From an uncultured Chloroflexia bacterium (GTDB taxonomy: Bacteria; Chloroflexota; Limnocylindria; QHBO01), in contig CAVSAH010000003.1 of the NCBI GenBank assembly GCA_963725885.1, positions 449,697-513,696 of the forward strand: 64,000 nt of DNA, read 5' to 3'. The notes under the pieces are model-generated. The model did not search any database, was not told where the DNA came from, and worked only from the letters and a program-made list of their open reading frames with translations. Made by a program: the position numbers and the translations under genes. Shown here piece after piece: positions 9,147-16,999 of this stretch. The first letter of the stretch is position 1, and the number at the start of each line of letters is the position of its first letter.

Positions 9147-10000
9147 CAGCTCACCGTTGCCTCGGCGGGCCTGGAGCCGGCGGCCCGGGAGTCGGCGGCC
9201 CGGCGCTCGGTCAGCAGATGGCGCGCCTTCTCCGGGGTCAGCGGGCCGTAGACGAGCGTGTCGATGCGCATGGCCGGCACGATCGAGCCGGAGGCCACGT
9301 CCGGCGCGAGCTGCAGGCTGAAGGCGCCGTCGGGGGTCTCGGAGCCGGCGCGGATCCCGAGCTCATCCTCGACGGCCGCGAGCAGCTCCTGGCCGCCCGC
9401 GAAGCGGCACGCGGCGCAGTCGCACACCGTGACGAGGTGGCCGGTGACGGGCAGGAGACGGAACCCGCCGAGTCCTGCCGCGCCGAAGACCTGCGCCCAG
9501 TGGATGCTCATCCGGTCGCTGACGTGTCGGAGCGCGCGCTCGGGCAGGTAGCCGTAGCGCTCCTCGATCACGCGGAAGATCGCCACCAGCGCCTCCGGCC
9601 TGCCGTCGTGCGCGTCGATCGTCGCGTCGACGAAGGCGGTGTCGACCTCGGCATCCCAGCGCGCCGCGTTGCGCATCGGCCTCGCCGGCTGACCGGCGCG
9701 TCGCCAGGCGTTGGGGTCCTTGCGCTCGTCGTAGATCTCCGGCATGCCGTAGCGGATCCGGTTGCCCTGCGAGTCGAACCCGCTCATGTCGATCGCCTCG
9801 ACCGGGCAGACCTGGGCGCACTGGAAGCAGACCTCGCACTTGTGATCGCCGAACGGGTCGTAGATGAGGTCGAGCCGGCCTCGCCAGCGCTCCGGCATCT
9901 GCGGCCGCTCCTCGGGGTACTGGCGCGTCACCTTCGGGGCGAAGAAGTTGCGGAAGGTGGTGGCCATGCCCTTGGCCATCCCGGAGCCGGGAATCCTCAT
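9146..10000 (-). CDS. Chimera of the NuoI N-terminal half (one 4Fe-4S motif) with a NuoE-like thioredoxin-fold domain
   Basis: Intact 284-aa ORF. N-terminus reads GMATTFRNFFAPKVTRQYPEERPQMPERWRGRLDL..CEVCFQCAQVCPVEAI (NuoI leader plus first CxxCxxCxxxCP). From about residue 125 it reads ALVAIFRVIEERYGYLPERALRHVSDRM..VTVCDCAACRFAGGQELL..TLVYGPLTPEKARHLL (NuoE fold). Confidence 0.8.
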   Translation of the reverse strand: MRIPGSGMAKGMATTFRNFFAPKVTRQYPEERPQMPERWRGRLDLIYDPFGDHKCEVCFQCAQVCPVEAIDMSGFDSQGNRIRYGMPEIYDERKDPNAWRRAGQPARPMRNAARWDAEVDTAFVDATIDAHDGRPEALVAIFRVIEERYGYLPERALRHVSDRMSIHWAQVFGAAGLGGFRLLPVTGHLVTVCDCAACRFAGGQELLAAVEDELGIRAGSETPDGAFSLQLAPDVASGSIVPAMRIDTLVYGPLTPEKARHLLTERRAADSRAAGSRPAEATVS

Positions 10001-10013
10001 CGGTCGCGGGCCC

Positions 10014-11024
10014 TCACAGGTCGAGGACGACGACGGCGATGGCCGTGACGAACAGGTTGACCAGGGCCAGGGGCAGGAGGACCTTCCAGGCCATGCCCAT
10101 CAGCTGGTCGACGCGCACGCGCGGGAGCGTGCCACGCATCCACACCGCGATCGTCACGAAGATGTAGGTCTTGAGGAAGAACCAGAAGGCACCGTAGATC
10201 GTCCCCCAGAAGCCGTCGAGCTGCGCCGGGAACGGCCACGGCGCGAGCCAGCCGCCGAAGAAGAGGCTGATCAGGATGCCGCTCATGATGAAGAGCGCGA
10301 CGTACTCGGCGAAGAAGAAGAACCCGAAGCGCATGCCCGAGTACTCGGTGAACGGCCCGGCCACCAGCTCGGAGTCCGCCTCGACCATGTCGAACGGCGT
10401 GCGGTTGATCTCGGCCAGGCTGGCGATGTAGAAGATCACGACCCCGACCGGCTGCCAGACCAGCATCCAGCCGTGCTCGAGCTGCCAGTCGATCAGCTCG
10501 CTGAAGCTGAGCGTCCCGGCCAGCACCACCGCGCCGACGATCGACAGGGTGAGCGGGATCTCGTAGCTCACCATCTGCGCCGCGCTGCGCAGCCCGCCGA
10601 GCAGCGAGTACTTGTTGTAGCTGGCCCACCCCGCCACCAGCAGCCCGACCACCGACAGCCCCAGGACGGCGAAGAAGTAGACGATGCCGATGTTCATGTC
10701 CGAGGCGATGGCGCCGGGCGCGAAGGGGATGACCAGCATGCTCATCGCCGCGGCCATGTAGACCATCCACGGCGCCAGCGTGAATGTGCCGCGGTCGGCC
10801 TGGTCGGGGACGGTGTCCTCCTTGGCCAGCACCTTGAAGCCGTGAATGGTCGACTGGAACATCCCCTTCGGGCCGATGCGGTTCGGCCCGTAGCGCAGCG
10901 CCAGCTGCGCGATGATCTTCATCTCCATCTGGATGATGATGAAAGCGGTCGGCACGGTGAGCAGCAGCAGCAGCGTGGTCGCCAGGATGAATCGGCCGAT
11001 GCCGAGCAGCAGCTCCCAATCCAT
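10014..11024 (-). CDS. nuoH: NADH-quinone oxidoreductase subunit H
   Basis: Intact 336-aa ORF: RYGPNRIGPKGMFQSTIHGFKVL..SLLGGLRSAAQMVSYEIPL..LAEINRTPFDMVEADSELVAGPFTEYSGMRFGFFFFAEY. Confidence 0.95.
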   Translation of the reverse strand: MDWELLLGIGRFILATTLLLLLTVPTAFIIIQMEMKIIAQLALRYGPNRIGPKGMFQSTIHGFKVLAKEDTVPDQADRGTFTLAPWMVYMAAAMSMLVIPFAPGAIASDMNIGIVYFFAVLGLSVVGLLVAGWASYNKYSLLGGLRSAAQMVSYEIPLTLSIVGAVVLAGTLSFSELIDWQLEHGWMLVWQPVGVVIFYIASLAEINRTPFDMVEADSELVAGPFTEYSGMRFGFFFFAEYVALFIMSGILISLFFGGWLAPWPFPAQLDGFWGTIYGAFWFFLKTYIFVTIAVWMRGTLPRVRVDQLMGMAWKVLLPLALVNLFVTAIAVVVLDL

Positions 11025-11027
11025 CGG

Positions 11028-12311
11028 CTACTTGTCCACGCCGCCCATGACCGGGTCGAAGCTCGCCATCACCGCCATCGTATCGGCGAGAAGGCGCCCG
11101 GGCATGATCTTGGGCAGCGCCTGGAGGCTGATGAAGCTGGGGTCGCGCATGCGGAACCGATACGGGTTCGGCCCGCCGTCGCTGATGGCGTAGACGCTGT
11201 AGAGACCCCGCGGGGACTCCACCGCCCCGTAGGCGCGTCCCGGCTTGGGCCGGATGATGCCCGGCACCTGGGCCTGGACCGGGCCGTGCGGCATCTTGTC
11301 GATGATCTGGTCGATGAGGTGGATGCTCTGCTTGATCTCCGCGATGCGCTGGAGATACCGCGAGTAGGAGTCACCGGCCTCGTGGGTGATGACGTCGAAC
11401 TCGAGCTCGTGGTAGATCGAGTAGGGGTGCGCCTTGCGCACGTCGAACGGTACCCCCGAGGCCCTCAGGTTCGGCCCGGTGACGCCGAGCGCGATGGCCT
11501 CGTCGCCGGTCAGCACGCCCATCCCCTTGGTACGCGCCGTGAAGATCTCGTTCTCCGTGATCATGTGCTCGTTCATCTCGATGTTCTTCAGGACGCCCGA
11601 GCGCCACGTACCGAGGCGGCTCAGGAACTCGTCGTTCGTGTCCCAGTTCACGCCGCCGACGCGGAAGAAGTTGAACAGCATGCGCTGGCCGCTGATCGCG
11701 GACAGCATGTCGACGACCTCGTCGCGGTTGATGAAGCTGTACAGGATCGGGGTCAGCCCGCCCATGTCCAGGGCCAGGAATCCCATCATCAGCCCGTGGC
11801 TGAAGACGCGGTTCAGCTCGACGACGAGTGCGCGGATGTACTCGGCCCGCGGCGGGGCCTTGATGCCGTAGAGCTTCTCGAACGCGATCGCCGGCGCGTG
11901 CTCGTTGTGCATCGTCGACAGGTAGTCCATCGGGTCGACGTAGGTGAGCACCGTGGTGTACGTCGCGTTCTCGCACAGCTTCTCGATGCCGCGGTGCAGG
12001 TAGCCCAGCACCGGGTCGATGTCGACGATGACCTCGCCCCGTACCTTGACCACGATGCGCATCACGCCGTGCGTGGAGGGGTGCTGCGGCCCGAGGTTGA
12101 TGAGCATCTCGCCCTCGTTGAGGGTGTAGACCTCGGCCTCGCGCTCGGACTGCGGCGGTCGGTCCGGGATCCCGACGGACTCGAAGCCGGCGTACTCGCC
12201 CTCGGATGTCGGGTCGGGGCCGATCCCGGCCGCGGCACGCAGGCGCGCCTCCTCCTCCCGATCCAGCTCGATCGGGTCGGGAATCCGGGTCTCGGGATCG
12301 ACGGCGGTCAT
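11028..12311 (-). CDS. nuoD: NADH-quinone oxidoreductase subunit D
   Basis: Intact 427-aa ORF: LINLGPQHPSTHGVMRIVVKVRGEVIVDIDPVLGYLHRGIEK..GVTGPNLRASGVPFDVRK..VESPRGLYSVYAISDG..DPSFISLQALP. ATGA overlap with nuoC. Confidence 0.96.
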   Translation of the reverse strand: MTAVDPETRIPDPIELDREEEARLRAAAGIGPDPTSEGEYAGFESVGIPDRPPQSEREAEVYTLNEGEMLINLGPQHPSTHGVMRIVVKVRGEVIVDIDPVLGYLHRGIEKLCENATYTTVLTYVDPMDYLSTMHNEHAPAIAFEKLYGIKAPPRAEYIRALVVELNRVFSHGLMMGFLALDMGGLTPILYSFINRDEVVDMLSAISGQRMLFNFFRVGGVNWDTNDEFLSRLGTWRSGVLKNIEMNEHMITENEIFTARTKGMGVLTGDEAIALGVTGPNLRASGVPFDVRKAHPYSIYHELEFDVITHEAGDSYSRYLQRIAEIKQSIHLIDQIIDKMPHGPVQAQVPGIIRPKPGRAYGAVESPRGLYSVYAISDGGPNPYRFRMRDPSFISLQALPKIMPGRLLADTMAVMASFDPVMGGVDK

Positions 12312-12946
12312 CGCGGTCGGCTCTCGTCGGCGTCGATATCGCTGCCGGTCAGCGCTGCAGCCGGGCGCTCGGCGGTGTCGAGCGGCGGGCGAGGCACCCC
12401 GGGCGCGTCACGGAAGCGGGCGAGGTCCCACGTCTCCGGGCGCTCGAGCGGGTTGACGCCCGCCGCAGGCGAGTCGGCGGCGTCGTCGGGCAGGATGAAG
12501 TCCTTGCGCTGCGGGAACGACCGGTAGTCGGGGGACATGTAGATCCGGCGCAGGTCGCGGTTGCCCTCGAAGACGATGCCCATCATGTCGTACATCTCGC
12601 GCTCGTGGAACATCGCGCCCTCCCACAGGCCGGTGACCGACGCGATGCGCGGATCGGCGCGGTCGACGCGCGCACGAACCCGCAGCCACGCCGGGTGGCG
12701 CCAGCTGAACAGGTGGTACACGACCTCGAAGTGGGCGTCGACGCCGTAGTCGACCGCCGCCTCGTCGGCGAGCATGAAGAAGGCGAGCTCGGGCTCGTCG
12801 CGCGCCGCGGTCAGCAGGTCGAGCGCACGCGCGCCCTCGACGACGATCTCGACGGTGTCCTCGTCGGTCGAGAGCTGGATGATGTCGGCCCCGAACCGCT
12901 CGGTGAGAGATCGGACGAGCGACCCGGCGGCTGCGGGGGCGCTCAG
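12308..12946 (-). CDS. nuoC: NADH-quinone oxidoreductase subunit C (start uncertain: CTG behind AAGGAG, or GTG at 13003)
   Basis: ..[92 protein letters not shown] lies 7 nt upstream of the CTG that overlaps the nuoB TGA (CTGA). Confidence 0.85.
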   Translation of the reverse strand: MSAPAAAGSLVRSLTERFGADIIQLSTDEDTVEIVVEGARALDLLTAARDEPELAFFMLADEAAVDYGVDAHFEVVYHLFSWRHPAWLRVRARVDRADPRIASVTGLWEGAMFHEREMYDMMGIVFEGNRDLRRIYMSPDYRSFPQRKDFILPDDAADSPAAGVNPLERPETWDLARFRDAPGVPRPPLDTAERPAAALTGSDIDADESRPR

Positions 12947-13654
12947 CGGACGTCTCCTTCCCAGCGCACGCGCTGCGGCCCGCGGTCGACGAACGTGCGC
13001 CACTCGCCGCGACGCTGCTTGACGAGCTCGTGGAGCTTCATCATCCCGTAGATGAGCCCCTCCGGCCGGGGTGGGCAGCCCGGGACGTAGACGTCGACGG
13101 GCATGACCCGGTCGACGCCCTGGACCACGGAGTAGGAGCGCTTGAACCGGCCACCGGAGGTCGTGCAGGTGCCCATCGCCACGACCCACTTCGGCTCGGG
13201 CATCTGCTCCCACAGTCGGACCAGGGGCCCCGCCATCTTCGTCGTCAGCGTCCCGGCCACGATCAGCACGTCCGCCTGCCGCGGGCTGGCGCGGAACGGG
13301 AACATGCCGAACCTGTCGATGTCGTTCTTGCTCGTCGCCGTGCTCATCATCTCGATCGCGCAGCAGCTCAGGCCCGACAGCAAGCGGCCACAGCGAGTTG
13401 GCGCGGATGAGGTCGAGGATGTAGTCGGCCTTGGTCGGGATGACCTCCAGCAGGCCGTGGAAGCCACCCACCGGATGGTCGTCCATGGAGAACGGCGTCA
13501 GCAGCGCGTCGCCCTGGGCCGCGTCGGGGATGATGATCGGCGCGGCGCGCTCGGTCGTGACGAGGCCGGTGTCCCGGCCCGCATCGGTCACGAGCTCGGC
13601 CGAGGTGGCATCCGCGGCCTTCGTGCGCTTGCGACCGGACTTGCTCACTGCCAT
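12943..13654 (-). CDS. nuoB: NADH-quinone oxidoreductase subunit B (1 frame break)
   Basis: [27 protein letters not shown], then in the next frame [77 protein letters not shown]. Break near 13385. Confidence 0.9.
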
Positions 13655-14004
13655 CGCAGGTCCCCCTTCTTCCATGCGTAGAGCTCGCCGAACATGAGGA
13701 TCGTCAGGAAGACGCCGATGAGGATGATCCCCTGGAACTCGAGCGCCCGCACGGTGATGGCCCACAGGTACACGAAGATGATCTCGACGTCGAAGGAGAC
13801 GAAGAGCAGCGCGTAGAGATAGAAGGCGAGCCCGAATCGGCTCCACGTGTCGCCGATGGTGTCGACGCCCGACTCGTAGGGCAGGCCCTTCTGGGGCCGT
13901 CGACGCCGATGCGTGATCAGCCAGGAAAAGGCGATCGTGCCGAAGACGAAGATCGTCGCGGCGAATCCGAAGCCGATGACGTACAGCAGGCCGGTGTGAT
14001 CCAT
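13645..14004 (-). CDS. nuoA: NADH-quinone oxidoreductase subunit A
   Basis: 119 aa from the internal ATG at 14004: [70 protein letters not shown]. The longer track ORF (to 14265) is an upstream read-through. Confidence 0.92.
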   Translation of the reverse strand: MDHTGLLYVIGFGFAATIFVFGTIAFSWLITHRRRRPQKGLPYESGVDTIGDTWSRFGLAFYLYALLFVSFDVEIIFVYLWAITVRALEFQGIILIGVFLTILMFGELYAWKKGDLRWQ

Positions 14005-14014
14005 CTGCAGTTCG

Positions 14015-14023
14015 AGTCTAGCA
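14015..14023 (-). promoter_or_regulatory. Extended -10 element TGCTAGACT 10 nt upstream of the nuoA ATG (leaderless-type promoter)
   Basis: Minus strand reads ggcTGCTAGACTcgaactgcagATG. The same TGCTAnnnT word recurs before six other genes in this window. Confidence 0.45.
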
Positions 14024-14081
14024 GCCGACGTGGCGCCGCTCAGGCCCGGACCCAAGGTCCCGCCGGCGATCGACACCGGAG

Positions 14082-15206
14082 TCACCTGCCCTGCCAGGCG
14101 GCCGCCACGATGATCTGGAGCCCATCGCTCACCAGCGCATGACCCCCGAGGAGGAACGGGACAGGTGCGCCCGCTGCGGCCTCGGTCAGCTCGCGCAGCC
14201 ACGCGGTGGCCACGCGCGCGTGGTCGCCGAAGTCCGACGCGAATCGCTCCTCGTCGGGAGGCCACGCGGCCTCATCGGATGAACCGGAGACGGCGGCCAT
14301 GAGCACCCGCGTGTCGAGCACGACGGCGTCGCCCAGCCCGCCGAGCTCGGCCACCAGCTCGGCCGGGGACGTTCGGCGCATCAGCGCCGCCAGGACCGAG
14401 CGCGGCCCCGACCCACCCCGGGCGGAGCGCATGCCGCGCTCCTCGATGATCGCGCGGACGCGGCAGGCCGTTTCGGTCTCGAGCATCGCCGAGGTGCCTG
14501 CGGGGATCCGCCCGGCGACCACCAGTTCGGCGTTGCGCGAGCGCATCACCTCGCCGATCGCTTCGAGGTGCGGGACCTCGAGCGGTCGGTCGCCCGGCAG
14601 GCGCGCCATCTCCATGAAGGCCGTCAGCCCGGGATCGAACGGGCGGTGTCCCTCCAGACGGGTGGCCAGGCGGAGAAGCGCGAGGTCGAGCGTGGTGTCG
14701 ACGTCGAACCGTCCCCAGCCGCCCGCCCCGAGGTCGCGCCACTCGAAGCCGGCCTCGGACAGGCGCCTCGGCGCCGCGTTGTCGTTGTCGCAGCCGGCCA
14801 GCGCATCGAGCGCCCCTTCCAGATCGCCGGCGACGACGAAGGCATCCGCGCTGAACCGGTTGTTGGCGACGACCTCGCCCGGGACTGGCGAGATGAGGTC
14901 GTCCAGTCCGCGGTCGTCGACCAGCGCCAGCGCCCCCGATCCCGCGTACCCGAGGGCGTCGGCGGATCCGGGGGCGGCGCTGAGCGCCGCGCGGGCCGCA
15001 TCGGTGAACCAGCGGCCCCAGTGGAACTCACCCTCGGTTCGCGCATGCGGGAGGGGGGACACCGCGGCGCCCAACGCGCCGAGCCGCCGCGACAGCTCGG
15101 CTGCCAGGATCCGTTGCCCTTCGGCGGCGACCGCGGCGTGGGTCCCGAACGCCTGCCCGTCGGGAGGGGTCGCGACGAGGACGAGGGGTGCCGGTCGCTC
15201 AGCCAC
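14082..15206 (-). CDS. Hypothetical protein, 374 aa, no recognised motif
   Basis: Intact ORF with normal coding composition (MAERPAPLVLVATPPDGQAFG..LLGGHALVSDGLQIIVAAAWQGR). Its start overlaps the stop of the DinB-like gene by 8 nt. Confidence 0.6.
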   Translation of the reverse strand: MAERPAPLVLVATPPDGQAFGTHAAVAAEGQRILAAELSRRLGALGAAVSPLPHARTEGEFHWGRWFTDAARAALSAAPGSADALGYAGSGALALVDDRGLDDLISPVPGEVVANNRFSADAFVVAGDLEGALDALAGCDNDNAAPRRLSEAGFEWRDLGAGGWGRFDVDTTLDLALLRLATRLEGHRPFDPGLTAFMEMARLPGDRPLEVPHLEAIGEVMRSRNAELVVAGRIPAGTSAMLETETACRVRAIIEERGMRSARGGSGPRSVLAALMRRTSPAELVAELGGLGDAVVLDTRVLMAAVSGSSDEAAWPPDEERFASDFGDHARVATAWLRELTEAAAGAPVPFLLGGHALVSDGLQIIVAAAWQGR

Positions 15207-15789
15207 CGTCGCGGAGGGCGTGGAGCTGCTCGAGGTGCATGAGGTCGTGGATGCCCACGAACAGGAGCCACTCCCCGCATCGCAGGTGCCCGACCAGCGG
15301 GTGGGTCATCCCGCAGCGCTGCGTCTCGTGGCCGGCGATCCGCGCGCCGGCCGACCGGATGGCCGTGCGCGAGCGGTCCAGGTAGCCGATCAGGGTCTCG
15401 CGCGTCGCGTCGGGCGGGCCGGGCACAGACGGCGTCACGACAGGCCCGTCGCTCGCCGGCCAGGGCGCGCCCGCCGCGTCGAGGGCCGCCCAGGTCGCGA
15501 GGAAGCGGCGTGCGGCGGTGGTGTGGGCGAACGCCTGGGCCACGTTCCAGTCCTCCTCGCCGCCCGGCGCGCGCAGCAGCTCCTCGGGGAGTGACTCCAG
15601 CACGGCGCCGAGCGCGTCGCCGACGCGATCCTGCTGCGCGACGATGCGAGGCGCGTCCCCGGTCGCCACGCGGGACCGGAGCTCGCGGCGGAGGCGCTTC
15701 AGCCCGGCCAGGTCCCAGTCGAAGACGCGCCAGCAGGCGACGACGTCCGGCGCCTCGGCCTCGAGTGCCTCGACCCAGGCATCGGTCAT
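15199..15789 (-). CDS. DinB-family (DinB_2-like) metal-dependent protein
   Basis: Intact 196-aa ORF. WNVAQAFAHTTAAR.. and C-terminal CGEWLLFVGIHDLMHLEQL are typical of the DinB four-helix family. Confidence 0.6.
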   Translation of the reverse strand: MTDAWVEALEAEAPDVVACWRVFDWDLAGLKRLRRELRSRVATGDAPRIVAQQDRVGDALGAVLESLPEELLRAPGGEEDWNVAQAFAHTTAARRFLATWAALDAAGAPWPASDGPVVTPSVPGPPDATRETLIGYLDRSRTAIRSAGARIAGHETQRCGMTHPLVGHLRCGEWLLFVGIHDLMHLEQLHALRDGG

Positions 15790-15936
15790 CGGCGGAGGGT
15801 GGAGGTCGCCACGGCTCCTCCCGGCTGATTGCTGTCAGAGGCGCTGCGTGAGGTCGTGAGCTCGTGCTGCACGAGTGCACGCAAGGGGCCTGACAGCCCG
15901 GTCACCTGGTCGGCCGGCAAGTTGAACGCCTCAGCG

Positions 15937-16266
15937 TCAGAGCCGCTCGAAGCGCTCGACGGGCTGGACGAAGACCGTGGCTCCACCGACCTCGACCTCG
16001 ACCGGGTACGGCATGTAGAACTCGCCCGGCTCCATGATCGGCGGCATCGGGTTCACGAACTGCTTCCGGCTGTGGCAGTTGGCGCTGATGATCTCGAGCA
16101 CCGCGTCGACCTGGCCGTCGTCGACCCCGACGATGATCGTGGCGTTGCCCTGCTTGAGGAAGCCGCCGGACGAGTTGAAGCGGGTGGCTCGGTACTCCTT
16201 CTCGAGCAGCGCGTCGACCAGGGTCCCGGCGTCCTCGCTGTGCACGATGGCGGTCACGAGCTTCAT
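15937..16266 (-). CDS. darA: PII-like cyclic-di-AMP receptor protein DarA (YaaQ/PstA family)
   Basis: MKLVTAIVHSEDAGTLVDALLEKEYRATRFNSSGGFLKQGNATIIVGV..YMPYPVEVEVGGATVFVQPVERF closely parallels B. subtilis YaaQ. ATGA overlap with tmk, the usual neighbour. Confidence 0.85.
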   Translation of the reverse strand: MKLVTAIVHSEDAGTLVDALLEKEYRATRFNSSGGFLKQGNATIIVGVDDGQVDAVLEIISANCHSRKQFVNPMPPIMEPGEFYMPYPVEVEVGGATVFVQPVERFERL

Positions 16267-16971
16267 CGGCGGTCGGCTCCTTCGTTCGGCGGGGCACGTC
16301 GAGTCGCCGGTCGATTATGCGCAGCAGCGGAGCCAGCGACCCCGCGGCATCGCGGTGTCGCGGAGCCCTCGACCGAGCCGGAGCCGTCGACGATGCGGAA
16401 TCGCTCTGGTTCGGCGGCGGCGAGCGCCAGGTAGGCGTTGCGCACGGACTCGAAGAAGGCGCCTCCTCGGTGTCCTCGAAGCGATTCCACTCCGCTGCGA
16501 CGTCGCGTGCGCTCGAGCCCGACCTCGACGGGCACGTCGAGCAGGATGGTGAGGTCCGGCAGCAGGCCGTACGTGGCGAAGTCCTGGAGGCGCCGCATCT
16601 CGGCCGGGTCGTTTCCGTAGCCGGCGCCCTGGTAGGCGAGCGACGAGTCGAGGTACCGCGCGCAGACGACCCAGTCGCCTCGTTCGAGGGCGGGCCGGAT
16701 GACGCGCGCCACATGCTGGGCGCGGCCGGCGGCGTAGAGCAGCGCGTCGGCTCGCGGATCGAGGTCGTCGCTCATGCCGCGCATGTGCAGGACCAGGCGA
16801 CGGACCTCGTCGCCGAGCGGCGTCCCCCCGGGCTCGCGGGTGAGGACCGTGTCGATGCCGCCGTCGCGCAGCCACTCGGCGAGGTGGCGCGCCGCCGTCG
16901 TCTTGCCGCTCCCCTCGGGACCCTCCAGCGAGATGAACGTCCCGCGGGCACGCGCGGCCGGACTCGGTCAC
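16263..16971 (-). CDS. tmk: Thymidylate kinase (frame-disrupted: 3 break sites)
   Basis: GTG start. MTESGRA / RGTFISLEGPEGSGKTTAARHLAEWLRDGGIDTVLTREPGGTPLGDEVR..RYLDSSLAYQGAG..LTILLDVPVEVGLER / VAAEWNRFEDTEEA / FFESVRNAYLALAAAEPERFRIVDG. Breaks at 16945-16971, about 16503 and about 16460 (2 nt). Confidence 0.85.
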
Positions 16972-16999
16972 GGGCGGGGAGAGGTCTCGCGTCGCCGGC

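Noticed and set aside
9864-12527. 887-aa plus-strand ORF. Similar long ORFs include 29708-32911 (-), 6366-7778 (+), 17099-18655 (+), 14206-15594 (+), 25734-26489 (+), 31629-33338 (-), 53747-55291 (-) and 41395-42429 (-).
   Set aside because: They lie antisense to, or out of frame with, strongly conserved genes. Their products are dominated by R, D, E, P, G and H with no motifs. This is the usual stop-poor shadow-ORF effect in very GC-rich DNA.
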